Assembly (NCBI GenBank): GCA_963748825.1
Contig: CAVVKN010000006.1
Coordinates: 96,001 to 160,000, forward strand
Length of the DNA stretch: 64,000 bases
Direction of reading: 5' to 3'
Origin: Methanotrichaceae archaeon
GTDB taxonomy: Archaea; Halobacteriota; Methanosarcinia; Methanotrichales; Methanotrichaceae
A program made the position numbers and the translations under genes. The notes beneath the pieces were generated by a model. That model was not told the origin of the DNA. It did not search any database and saw only the letters and a list, made by a program, of their open reading frames with translations. Of the stretch, positions 49,000-57,896 are shown piece by piece. Numbering within the stretch: the first letter of the stretch is position 1; each line of letters starts with the position of its first letter.

Positions 49000-49223
49000 T
49001 AGCCCCTGCGCGCGTCCTCACGCAGGCCTCTCTACACGAGTGGGGACGACATTTCATCAAAGAGACTGCTAGCATCGTGCATAGTTGCTTTGGCTGCAGG
49101 CCAGGGGGTGAGCAGGTGGACATACGGGCCCGGTTGCGGGAGAGGCAAAAGGCTGCGCGGGCTAAGGGTGGAGAATGCTCAGCAGCGAAGGGGGTGCTGG
49201 AGGCGATTGATGAATATGCTTGA
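49000..49223 (+). pseudogene. Remnant of a repeated hypothetical gene (homolog at 55690-55880)
   Basis: EQVDIRARLRERQKAAR vs ELADIRVRLRERRQSAR. Confidence 0.45.
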
Positions 49224-49254
49224 TAGTCCTCAGGCGATAAGACGCTGGCATATC

Positions 49255-49410
49255 TATCGCTGTAGCTTCCCGGTTTTCTCCTGCAGCAGCCCCTGGGCAT
49301 CTGCATGCATGCTGTTCAGCTTCTTTGTGATCGGGTGCTGCGGGCCGTATTCCTAGCTCCGCCAGCCCCTTGATCCGCCAGATCTCGGAAAGAAGCTTGC
49401 CGATCTCTTT
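49255..49410 (-). pseudogene. Frameshifted, 5'-truncated copy of the 56-aa gene at 51807-51977
   Basis: KEIGKLLSEIWRIKGLAE/EYGPQHPITKKLNSMHADAQGLLQE. Confidence 0.8.
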
Positions 49411-49512
49411 AAAGATCGGAGTCCGATGAAGAAAAATTATAAAATAGCGTAGAGGAGTCCATTGACTCCTCTACCATTTTTTTGTTTTGGGCAGGTCACG
49501 GCGGAGACTGAA

Positions 49513-49794
49513 TCAATTGCCGGTGGATTTGATTATGTTGCCGCACTCGTCCACCGTGACTCTGGTCACTATGGGAATCTTGGCCCCATCTTCAGCAGTT
49601 ACCATCTTTCTGTAGGTCAGTACTTTAACTTTCTTGATGCTTTTAGGAAGGGTCAGCCCTAGCTTTCTCTGTACACCTTCCGGTATATCGTAGACTTCCT
49701 CGCTAATGACAGGCTCCTCATCCGCCAGCTCCGGAGAGTCTTCTTTCATGTATTCTTTGACCAATTTCTTCAACTCTTCATTTGTAAGGGCCAT
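49513..49794 (-). CDS. Hypothetical protein coupled to the C25 peptidase
   Basis: 93 aa; start overlaps the peptidase stop (TAATG). Confidence 0.75.
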   Translation of the reverse strand: MALTNEELKKLVKEYMKEDSPELADEEPVISEEVYDIPEGVQRKLGLTLPKSIKKVKVLTYRKMVTAEDGAKIPIVTRVTVDECGNIIKSTGN

Positions 49795-51521
49795 TATTCT
49801 TCCTCCATCTTCGATGACGGATCTGCAAACATCACAAATTCGATCAAGGTCTTCTCCTCGGTTCGGTCTAACCTGTTTCTGGCAGCAATGGACTCCCTGG
49901 CAAAGTCCTGCTTTGCCTTCAGGAACGCCTCTCCGAAGGTCAAGCCTTCCTTGATGCGCTCATAGAATTTCAGCACCAGCAGGTCAGCCTCAGTGCTGGG
50001 TGGTTCGGAAGGCCCATAGGCTATTTTCGTCGAGCCTATGAAACAGGCCGCTTTTCGATCCAGGAACTTCAGGGATATAGCATCGTTCACCTCTTTGTCC
50101 ACGATGTTTGCCCCATAGCAGGCCTCACAGCAGACCACGGCATTCTCCACGTCCGCTTCCCTGATGTTTTCCGGGGTGAAGGCCACCGGGTAAGAGTTCC
50201 CCTCCTGGCCGTACCAGTTGGCAGAGTCCTCTCCGCCGTGCAGATTGAAGTAGAAGTAGCCTTTCTTGTTCAGCCATTCTAAAAACACGTCTCCATGTTT
50301 TATAGGCGGAGAGCTTTTTAGCTCTTCCACGTTCTTTATAGGGACAAACACGGCTTGAGAGGCTTCGTTCCACACGATGGCCGACAGGCCGAAGGAATAT
50401 TTCTTGGCATTTCTGACCCTGGATGTAGCGGCCTCCAGCACGGAGATGAAGAATGAGAGCTCATTGCTGGCGGCATCGGGCAATCTGCCCAGAGCCCTTT
50501 GAGGTATCAGGTAGTCGCTGTCCCCGGATGCATAGGGATTGTCGGAGTAGACCATGGTGTCGCCGTCGCCGCCAGCAGGGTTGGGGAGGCTGTGGAATGG
50601 GATGATGGAATGGCCGCCCAAGATCAGGAAGTATCGGGGGTTGAGCTTCTTGTCCAGATTGTCTATTAGCTCCTTTATCTTCGCTGGGCTGTCAGAATTG
50701 ACCGAGCTTAAGCCATAGGGAAATAGAGAGGAGGCATCATCAACGTAGACCAGTTTTGCTGATATCCCCTTTCCATCCAGGGCCTGCATGTATTCCGCCA
50801 TCTTGGCCTCTATCTGGCTGAATCCGCTCTGTCCGTATTTATTCTTGAGCTTATCCTTGCTGGTTATTATCAGCTCGCTTGCTTTCAGCTCCACTCCGGA
50901 AGATGCCGATAAAGTGAAGTCGCCGCTACCCTTGAAAGAGTGCACCAGTATGTAATAACGTCCTTTCTTGGCCACGTCTATGACTATATTCTCCTTGGAG
51001 CTGCCGCTGTAGCTCCTGTAGTCGTACTTGAAGTTAGTAGGCCGCTCATTGTAGCGAACGTAAAGATCGAAATCCGTATCCAACGGTCCGTTCAGGTCCA
51101 GTACTATCTTCTGGCCTTCTTCAGATTTTATATAATAGTATAGCGCTTCTTTGCTGGCAGGCAGGCTTCCTCTGATCTGTTGGCCGTATGTGATCTCTAC
51201 ATCTTCCAGAGGCACTTCGGTGGAAAGGTTGAACTGGCCGGAGCCCTTGTAGGCATAAACCAGGATATAGTAAGTGCCTGCGTTGGTAGGGCCGATGACG
51301 ATGGTCTCATCTGCAAGGAGTGTTATTTTCTTGAAGTCCCAATTCGACCGAGATACCTGGTCGTTGTACTTCACATAGAGATCGAAGTCCTGATCTGCCG
51401 GTCCGCGCAGGTTGATGGTCAGCTTGCGGTTGGCATCGACAGTTACCATATAGCCTTTTTCTTCTTTTTTAGAAAGACTATCGGTTATCGACTCTCCGAT
51501 AGATATCTCTTTAAAATTCAC
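49794..51521 (-). CDS. C25 (gingipain/clan CD)-like cysteine peptidase with two N-terminal PPC domains
   Basis: Two DFDLYV...E.I....G.YYILV repeats; LILGG...IPF, SDNPYA, GRLP, NLHG and EACYG dyad; GTG start after GGAGGTG. Confidence 0.8.
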   Translation of the reverse strand: MNFKEISIGESITDSLSKKEEKGYMVTVDANRKLTINLRGPADQDFDLYVKYNDQVSRSNWDFKKITLLADETIVIGPTNAGTYYILVYAYKGSGQFNLSTEVPLEDVEITYGQQIRGSLPASKEALYYYIKSEEGQKIVLDLNGPLDTDFDLYVRYNERPTNFKYDYRSYSGSSKENIVIDVAKKGRYYILVHSFKGSGDFTLSASSGVELKASELIITSKDKLKNKYGQSGFSQIEAKMAEYMQALDGKGISAKLVYVDDASSLFPYGLSSVNSDSPAKIKELIDNLDKKLNPRYFLILGGHSIIPFHSLPNPAGGDGDTMVYSDNPYASGDSDYLIPQRALGRLPDAASNELSFFISVLEAATSRVRNAKKYSFGLSAIVWNEASQAVFVPIKNVEELKSSPPIKHGDVFLEWLNKKGYFYFNLHGGEDSANWYGQEGNSYPVAFTPENIREADVENAVVCCEACYGANIVDKEVNDAISLKFLDRKAACFIGSTKIAYGPSEPPSTEADLLVLKFYERIKEGLTFGEAFLKAKQDFARESIAARNRLDRTEEKTLIEFVMFADPSSKMEEE

Positions 51522-51653
51522 GAAATACACCTCCCAGAAATACAGCTTGTATTCGAAGCCGTTACTTCCGAGTATTTGATTTAACATGATTAAAGTATTT
51601 ATAACTTACCTGAAATTTTTAATAATATAATATATAATTTGCATTAAATAGAG

Positions 51654-51790
51654 GGATGGAGTAGGTCAAGACCACAAAGATGGGCAACCAGTCCTATCAT
51701 TATTGGATGGCTATCGAAAGCATTGGGAAGATGGATGCTGAAGCTGACCAGGCAGAAGGCCAAGGCGATGAAGCGGTGGCATTCGGGATC
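51654..51790 (+). pseudogene. Decayed 3' part of a 3411-family gene
   Basis: VKTTKMGNQSYHYWMA...KMDAEA..RQKAKAMK. Confidence 0.65.
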
Positions 51791-51806
51791 AGGTCGCAAT
51801 TTTGTC

Positions 51807-51977
51807 CTATGAGTGCTCTTGCAACAAGGCCTGGGCATCCGCATGCATGCCGGCGAGCTTCTTGGTGATCGGGTGCTGCGGCCCGTATTCCTGTTCTGCC
51901 AGCCCCTTGATCCGCCAGATCTCGGAAAGAAGTTTGCCGATCTCCTTGGTTACGTACTTGCGATTTTGCTCCGTCAT
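51807..51977 (-). CDS. Small hypothetical protein, 56 aa (below the ORF-track cutoff)
   Basis: MTEQNRKYVTKEIGKLLSEIWRIKGLAEQEYGPQHPITKKLAGMHADAQALLQEHS; the paralogous remnant conserves this frame. Confidence 0.65.
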   Translation of the reverse strand: MTEQNRKYVTKEIGKLLSEIWRIKGLAEQEYGPQHPITKKLAGMHADAQALLQEHS

Positions 51978-52233
51978 TGGTCTTGCAGCTGCGTCAAGTC
52001 CTTCAATGCCATCCCCTAAAATCGCCCTCGCATTTTACCTTTTTCGTTCTGGTAATATATCCGAGCTGGCAAAGTAGGGAGGGATGAGCTGAGAGCCGGG
52101 GCCCGGCACAGGTCTTATGTGCCACTAGAATATGAGCCTATAAGAAGTTCATATAAGAAAGATGGGCACCACACAATCTTAAATAGTTGGACATAATTAT
52201 AGGTTTCTGAGAATATACTGGTTGAGGATCCCC

Positions 52234-52674
52234 ATGGGGCTGATATTTAAGATGGCTGGCTTGATGCTGGCAGCATTTGCATTGATAACAACAACCTTTG
52301 CCATTGATTATCTTAGGGGCACAACGCAATGGAGTATCGCGGAAATTAAAGGGGTAACAGTGGAGTCATTTGAGAGATCAACGGGTGGACCTTTTGTTTC
52401 ATTTGACTGGGTCAATTCCTGGGTGTTCAAATCCAATGATGCAAATGCAAACGCAGGAATTGTGTCGGGTGGTCATGGATCTCTAGAAAGTCGCCCTTGG
52501 TCAGGCACCTGGGTAGAAGTGGAGTGCAATACTATCTACTGCGAGAAGACCGAGGGAGGGGCCGACAGCTGGTACATCACTTTTGTTAATCCAAAATATT
52601 TTATTGCATATAAAAAGGAGGATGCATATTATCCCCTATATAGATTAGGCAAAGCGGTAGACGAGCCTTACTAG
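52234..52674 (+). CDS. Secreted hypothetical protein, paralog 1
   Basis: Signal peptide; AIDYL, DANANAG, FVNPKYF, YPLYRLGK shared with the next gene. Confidence 0.8.
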   Translation: MGLIFKMAGLMLAAFALITTTFAIDYLRGTTQWSIAEIKGVTVESFERSTGGPFVSFDWVNSWVFKSNDANANAGIVSGGHGSLESRPWSGTWVEVECNTIYCEKTEGGADSWYITFVNPKYFIAYKKEDAYYPLYRLGKAVDEPY

Positions 52675-52772
52675 CTTGAATGTCATCGCCTGCCAATCCA
52701 ATGCAGAGCACAACTGTATTTAAAATGGTTAAACATAAATTATAGTAATTCTAGTCTTATCTGAGGGTCACC

Positions 52773-53180
52773 ATGAGGCTGAAATTTTTGCTCGCTAGTT
52801 TGATACTGATAGCAAGTGCCTTAACAACAACAGCGCTTGCTATTGATTATCTTAAGGAAATATCATATTGGGACGTTGCGGAAATTAATGGGGTGACCGT
52901 AGGTGAATTTGGTCCTCTTCCCTGGCGCTTTCAATCCTACGATGCAAATGCCAACGCAGGAACTGTTGAAGTTCAAAATGCTTGGGTTGGTACCTGGAAG
53001 GAGGTAGGTTGTAAAACTATCCACTGCGAGATTTCGGGAGGATATGATAGCTGGGACCTCACTTTTATCAATCCAAGATATTTTTTTGCATATAAAACGC
53101 AGGGAGGACATTATCCCCTATATCGATTAGGCAAAATGAGAGGAGAGCCCTACAACTTGAATACCGTATCGGCATTCTAG
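52773..53180 (+). CDS. Secreted hypothetical protein, paralog 2
   Basis: As above. Confidence 0.8.
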   Translation: MRLKFLLASLILIASALTTTALAIDYLKEISYWDVAEINGVTVGEFGPLPWRFQSYDANANAGTVEVQNAWVGTWKEVGCKTIHCEISGGYDSWDLTFINPRYFFAYKTQGGHYPLYRLGKMRGEPYNLNTVSAF

Positions 53181-53377
53181 GACACTGCTTGAAACGAGAG
53201 CGTACCACTTCATACGATATGAGTAACAAAAGCACCTAAAAAAAGATAGATGGAGCTGTGGGCTTGGCCGGCAGAAGGGCCCGGTGAGAGCAGACGGACA
53301 TCCGGATAAGTGGAGGACCAGAGCGCCATATGCCTTATGAAAAAATTTATAATATATGCATGGACTGACAAAGATTT

Positions 53378-54211
53378 ATGAAACAAATGGGATTCATATT
53401 AATCCTCATGATCATATTGGGGACGACCTGCATAGCATGTGCATCGGAGGGGGCTAACTTTGGGCCGCAGACGACAAGCGGAGAGCCTTTGTGGAGGCTG
53501 CTCTCTGCCTCTGATGCTGTGAACTCCAATCTTTCCAAAATCGAAACTGCTCTTGCCGATGCCAGCCTCGTCCTCTCAGAATCAGGCATTGATGGGCCTG
53601 CTGCCCGGGCAGTTCTGTCAAACCTCACGATGTTGGATACTGCTGTAATCGATTGCATCACGATTGATGCCAACGGCACAGTGCGTGAGGTCGAGCCCAT
53701 GTCGTTTGAAAGCGTGAAGGGAACAAACTTGAAACGACAGAAGCATGTGAATGACACAATCAATACCAAGCTGTATTCCGGTTTCCATTTCATAAAGGCA
53801 GTCGAAGGATTGTATGCAATCGATTCAGAGATGCCCGTCTTCGACAAGAATGGAACATTTATGGGAACAGTAAGCTTAATGTTTAATAACAGCCAGTTTT
53901 TCGGAAGGATCCTTGCTCCGTTTCAGCCTTCTTCTGGAAACTCCAAGATATGGGTGAGCAAGGCAGATGATGGAACGATCCTGTACGAAACGGATCCCAC
54001 CCAGGTATTGCTCAATAAAAGCTCTTCCATGTATCTGGATTATCCAGAACTTTTGAAACTATTTAATAGGTTGGGCATTGAGAGAACAGGTTACGGAACT
54101 TATGAGTTCTTAGACCAATCTCACGGGGAGACGATAAAGAAAGGCTGCTATTGGACCACTATTCCCAATGAGGGCACTGAGATGAGGCTCGTACTCACAC
54201 TAGAGCTTTGA
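53378..54211 (+). CDS. Secreted Cache-like sensor domain protein
   Basis: Signal peptide; IDANGTV...KAVEG...PVFDKNGTFMGTVS...DGTILYETD...GYGTYEF. Confidence 0.7.
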   Translation: MKQMGFILILMIILGTTCIACASEGANFGPQTTSGEPLWRLLSASDAVNSNLSKIETALADASLVLSESGIDGPAARAVLSNLTMLDTAVIDCITIDANGTVREVEPMSFESVKGTNLKRQKHVNDTINTKLYSGFHFIKAVEGLYAIDSEMPVFDKNGTFMGTVSLMFNNSQFFGRILAPFQPSSGNSKIWVSKADDGTILYETDPTQVLLNKSSSMYLDYPELLKLFNRLGIERTGYGTYEFLDQSHGETIKKGCYWTTIPNEGTEMRLVLTLEL

Positions 54212-54325
54212 TAGAACCTGATGGGCCTGGTGGCTCTGGAGCGCAGGCGGAGAGAAGAGGGCCAGCGGTTCTGGTATAATGCCTACTGGAAGACCGATCC
54301 ACCAAATTAGGCGGGCGGGATCCTT

Positions 54326-54761
54326 TCATAATTTTTCGTGGTACTCAGACGCCAAAAGGGATATTTTGTCGCCTATGGGAATGGTCAAGTCGTTATCCTG
54401 CAGCCGGGCTACGCCTTCCTCAATGTAGTTGATCCAGATCTTCAGTTCCGCCTCGCCTGCCTTGCGGTACTGCGCCTCTATCTCCCGATAGACTGCATCG
54501 AAGTCCAGGCCTGCAATGACCAGATTGGAGCAGTCCGGAGCGTCTCCCGGCCGGTTGGCGATCAGCTTCATGATGAAGATGTCCTCCAGGGAGGCATCCC
54601 TGATCACCAGGCTGCCGAAGGACCTGATTCTTGTAGCCCTCTGCCATATGGCCTCGGAGAGGTCGAAGTCGTAAGAGATCCGCTCTGCGAAGACGTCCAG
54701 ATTGCGCCCGCCCTTCACTGCCAGCCGCTTGACAGCTCGTTAATCTCCTGTTTGATATCAT
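54326..54761 (-). pseudogene. DUF6036-like nucleotidyltransferase, catalytic N-terminus missing
   Basis: C-terminal half LDVF...SLEDIFIMKLIANRPGD; 5' MISNRR is out of frame and the G-G/DxD region is absent. Confidence 0.5.
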
Positions 54762-55623
54762 AGAGATCCGTCCTGTCCTCGATGTCTTCCAGGGTTGGAT
54801 AGCCTTTGATACTCTCGCCCTGCAGCACTGCTTTCAGATCCTTCATCATGGGATGATCGATAGCCTCTAATTTATCCCTGTTCTTCAGATAGAACAGCAC
54901 GCAAAAAAGCTTCTGGGAGAACTCCCATGCCGAGTCCAGGGAGTGGATGAAGACCTCCTGGATGGACAGCTCCCTCCTGGGCAGGGTGTAGTAGTAATCC
55001 CTCAGACCCAGCTCGATCCCGTAATCCTCGTAGGCGGAAAAGGAGGTGAATGTGGCATCCTGCGGCCTCAGGCTCTTGAAGAGCACGCTGGTCTCGTAGC
55101 TCTTGATGAGCAGGGCCTCACGGGGCACGAGGCGCAGGACCTGGAATTCCAGCAGAGCGGTTACGAAATCCTTCAGCTTCGGCCAGATGATGTAGTTGAA
55201 AGAATAGAGGTAGGCTTTGCCCTGCATGGAGTGGCTGACGATGCCCAGGCGCAAGAAGCCCTGCAGATAGTAGTAGACGGTATCGCTGGAGATGCCAGTC
55301 ACTCCGGCCAAGGTTTCCAGGCTCTTGGGCTGACTGTCCAGCCGGGAGAGGAACTCCACTCTCCGGCCGGAGAGGATCTCCTGCAGGGGAGAGGCGCGAT
55401 GTGAGTAGTAGAGGCGCTTGAAGGCCTCCGCTGGGGACGTGGGGGCCAGCAGTATCTCGCCACCCGCCCGCTCCACCAGGCCAATATCTTGCAGGCTGGT
55501 GATGATGCGGGAGATGGAACCTTTTAAGAGGCCCAGCTCCTTCTGGAGGCCACTGGGATGCACTGGCCCCTGGGAGCGGGTGATGAGGATCAGGGCGTGG
55601 ACTTCGTTCTCGCTCAGGCGCAT
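54715..55623 (-). CDS. Double wHTH regulator (partner of the DUF6036-like NTase)
   Basis: SGLQKELGLLKGSISRIITSL and SLETLAGVTGISSDTVYYYL HTHs; TSFSAYEDYGI. Confidence 0.7.
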   Translation of the reverse strand: MRLSENEVHALILITRSQGPVHPSGLQKELGLLKGSISRIITSLQDIGLVERAGGEILLAPTSPAEAFKRLYYSHRASPLQEILSGRRVEFLSRLDSQPKSLETLAGVTGISSDTVYYYLQGFLRLGIVSHSMQGKAYLYSFNYIIWPKLKDFVTALLEFQVLRLVPREALLIKSYETSVLFKSLRPQDATFTSFSAYEDYGIELGLRDYYYTLPRRELSIQEVFIHSLDSAWEFSQKLFCVLFYLKNRDKLEAIDHPMMKDLKAVLQGESIKGYPTLEDIEDRTDLYDIKQEINELSSGWQ

Positions 55624-55917
55624 TGTCTTAATAGAAAGTGAACTAAATTATATAGTATTATCCCTGCTTTAAGACATTAGCCTTCACCAAATACACTACC
55701 GTCAAGTGCATCCGGTTGCAGAGCCGGAAAGCCTGGGCGCGGGCGGCCTGCTGGCGTGGAGTGGAGCTGGCGGACATCCGGGTCCGACTGCGGGAGCGGC
55801 GACAGTCTGCGCGGGGCGAGGACGCAGCGCGGCAGATATCCAGGCGAGCTGGGGTGGGAGGAGCCGTCATCTACGTTAGGCAAAATTTATAATAGATAGA
55901 TGGACGGATAAACGTGT

Positions 55918-56337
55918 ATGAAACCGATTTGGTGTTTAGCATTATTGGTCCTGGTCTTTTTGGCCACGGGGATCAGCGCGGCGGAAGTTCCAGACCTGCT
56001 TGGGATTTGGACTGGCTCGTGGAGTGCCTATGATGAAGGAAAAGGTTACTCTAATTCGATGGAAAACGGAAGCCTCATTTTTGCTTTCTTAGAGCAGGAT
56101 GACCGTATCTTCGCTGGAAATGTAACAATCAAGCTGGAGAACGAGAACGAGACCGAGATTGGGGAAGGTTTTGCCGGAGCTATTGGTTTAGATAATAAAA
56201 CTCTCTATATCGCCGAGTTTGATAAGGGCTATGCCCTGGGGACGATCATTTCCGACGACGAGATGGAGCTGATATATCTCGCGGATGGAGAAAATGCGTC
56301 GGTGGCAATTGATAAGCTTTACCGGATAAAAACATAA
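55918..56337 (+). CDS. Secreted hypothetical protein
   Basis: Signal peptide; VPDLLGIWTG...EQDDRIFAG. Confidence 0.8.
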   Translation: MKPIWCLALLVLVFLATGISAAEVPDLLGIWTGSWSAYDEGKGYSNSMENGSLIFAFLEQDDRIFAGNVTIKLENENETEIGEGFAGAIGLDNKTLYIAEFDKGYALGTIISDDEMELIYLADGENASVAIDKLYRIKT

Positions 56338-56557
56338 ATTGATTTTATATTTTTTTATAATACTATTTTGATGCTATTGCTAACCCGAGCGGGATGGCAA
56401 GGTCGGGGAATAGAGCGGAATTTCCATGTCTATAAAAGCCAGCAAAATCTGCAATGACACAGCCTTATTTTGGAACATTATCTTACCCCTACGTATCATA
56501 TTCTAAAATCTATTTAAAAATTTTGCATAATTGCTTTAGGATTTTTTGCATCTTCCA

Positions 56558-57673
56558 TCAATTTTTCGGTTGAGCTATCGAAACGGATCTGCTGAAAATG
56601 TTTCCACTTTTCGAAGGCAGGAAGCCTGCCGCTATTGCCATAATAGGACCCATGATCATCCCTGAGCCCGCCAGCAGAGCGAGGGTACCCAGGACAGCCA
56701 GAAGGACTCTTTGCAGTATTCCCGCCTCTCCTCTGGCCAGACGAATGGCTGCTACACCCAAGAGAGCATTGAAAAGAGCAATAGCCACTGTGATGTACAC
56801 CTCCTGCCCAAATGAAGCTCGAGTGAGATTGAAGACCATCTGCGTGAAGACGGAGGCACTGGTGGCCAGGAAGAGAAATCCGGCCAACAATCCAGCCAGG
56901 CAAAATGAGGTGTGACGAGAGCCGCGCCAGAAGAATAGGAGAGCGACAATCTCGGCTACCAGATAGGGAATGAGTATAAGCCCCAGGCTCTGGCCCTCCC
57001 AGAGGTAAACGGATATGAGGCGCAGAGGCGTGGTAATCCTCTCCGAAAAACTGAACTCCTCCCGATAGCCCGCCGCCAGGCCGTAGTGCCCTAGAGTGCT
57101 ATTCTGGCCATTTGTGCTGTTGCTAGTACTATTAACATTGCTATAAACCGCTGCATAGTAGCGGTCCGATTTTGGTGCGGATATGTTTATCTCTGCCAAT
57201 TCTATGAAGCTGCTGGGCCCGAAGGGCTCGTAGACGGCATTGGCAGCGCTCTTGCCTTCCGCAGTCAGGATTTTCAGGTTTGAAGCTTCCCGAGGCAGGG
57301 CCAATTGCCCCGGTGGCAGGCTGCCCGTCTCTAATCCCGGACCCAGGAGCACAAGGGCGGGAAGAAAATCCCTTTCTTTTACATCGGATGACTTGAAAAG
57401 GGAAAGATAAATTCGCTCGCCTTCCTCCAGGTCGAAGCTGTAGTAATGCACGACATCCTTTTCAAGAGAGCCGTAAACCGCCCAGGATTTGCCCGGATCG
57501 GTGATGTGCATGGCCGAAGAGATGTTCTCATTTCCTCCAGCCATGAGGGGCACGTGGGCAGAAGCTGGAAAAGCAAGCGAAAGCATGACTAGCAGAACGA
57601 CGGGGAAGATGAGGCTCGATTTCACGCTGGTCATACACACTCGATCGGTATTCAATATTTCGGCCTTGCCCAT
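56558..57673 (-). CDS. Membrane protein with extracellular N-terminal domain
   Basis: Signal peptide-AHVP; soluble domain; several C-terminal TM helices. Confidence 0.8.
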   Translation of the reverse strand: MGKAEILNTDRVCMTSVKSSLIFPVVLLVMLSLAFPASAHVPLMAGGNENISSAMHITDPGKSWAVYGSLEKDVVHYYSFDLEEGERIYLSLFKSSDVKERDFLPALVLLGPGLETGSLPPGQLALPREASNLKILTAEGKSAANAVYEPFGPSSFIELAEINISAPKSDRYYAAVYSNVNSTSNSTNGQNSTLGHYGLAAGYREEFSFSERITTPLRLISVYLWEGQSLGLILIPYLVAEIVALLFFWRGSRHTSFCLAGLLAGFLFLATSASVFTQMVFNLTRASFGQEVYITVAIALFNALLGVAAIRLARGEAGILQRVLLAVLGTLALLAGSGMIMGPIMAIAAGFLPSKSGNIFSRSVSIAQPKN

Positions 57674-57896
57674 GACCTGATCTTAGAGTCTCAATGGGGC
57701 CACTTCTGTTCGCGCCTGGCTACCGACATTCATAATATCAAATCCATAACCTGCGAGAAATTCTGCTGCGGAGTCTCCTGTAGTGCCTCTGAGTAGCGCT
57801 TGAGCCAGACTGCCAACTATATGCCTTCATGCTGCCAATAAATTTATCTTTTATCCCGTCCATAACTTCATTAATGATTGAGTGGAGGTTAAAGTG

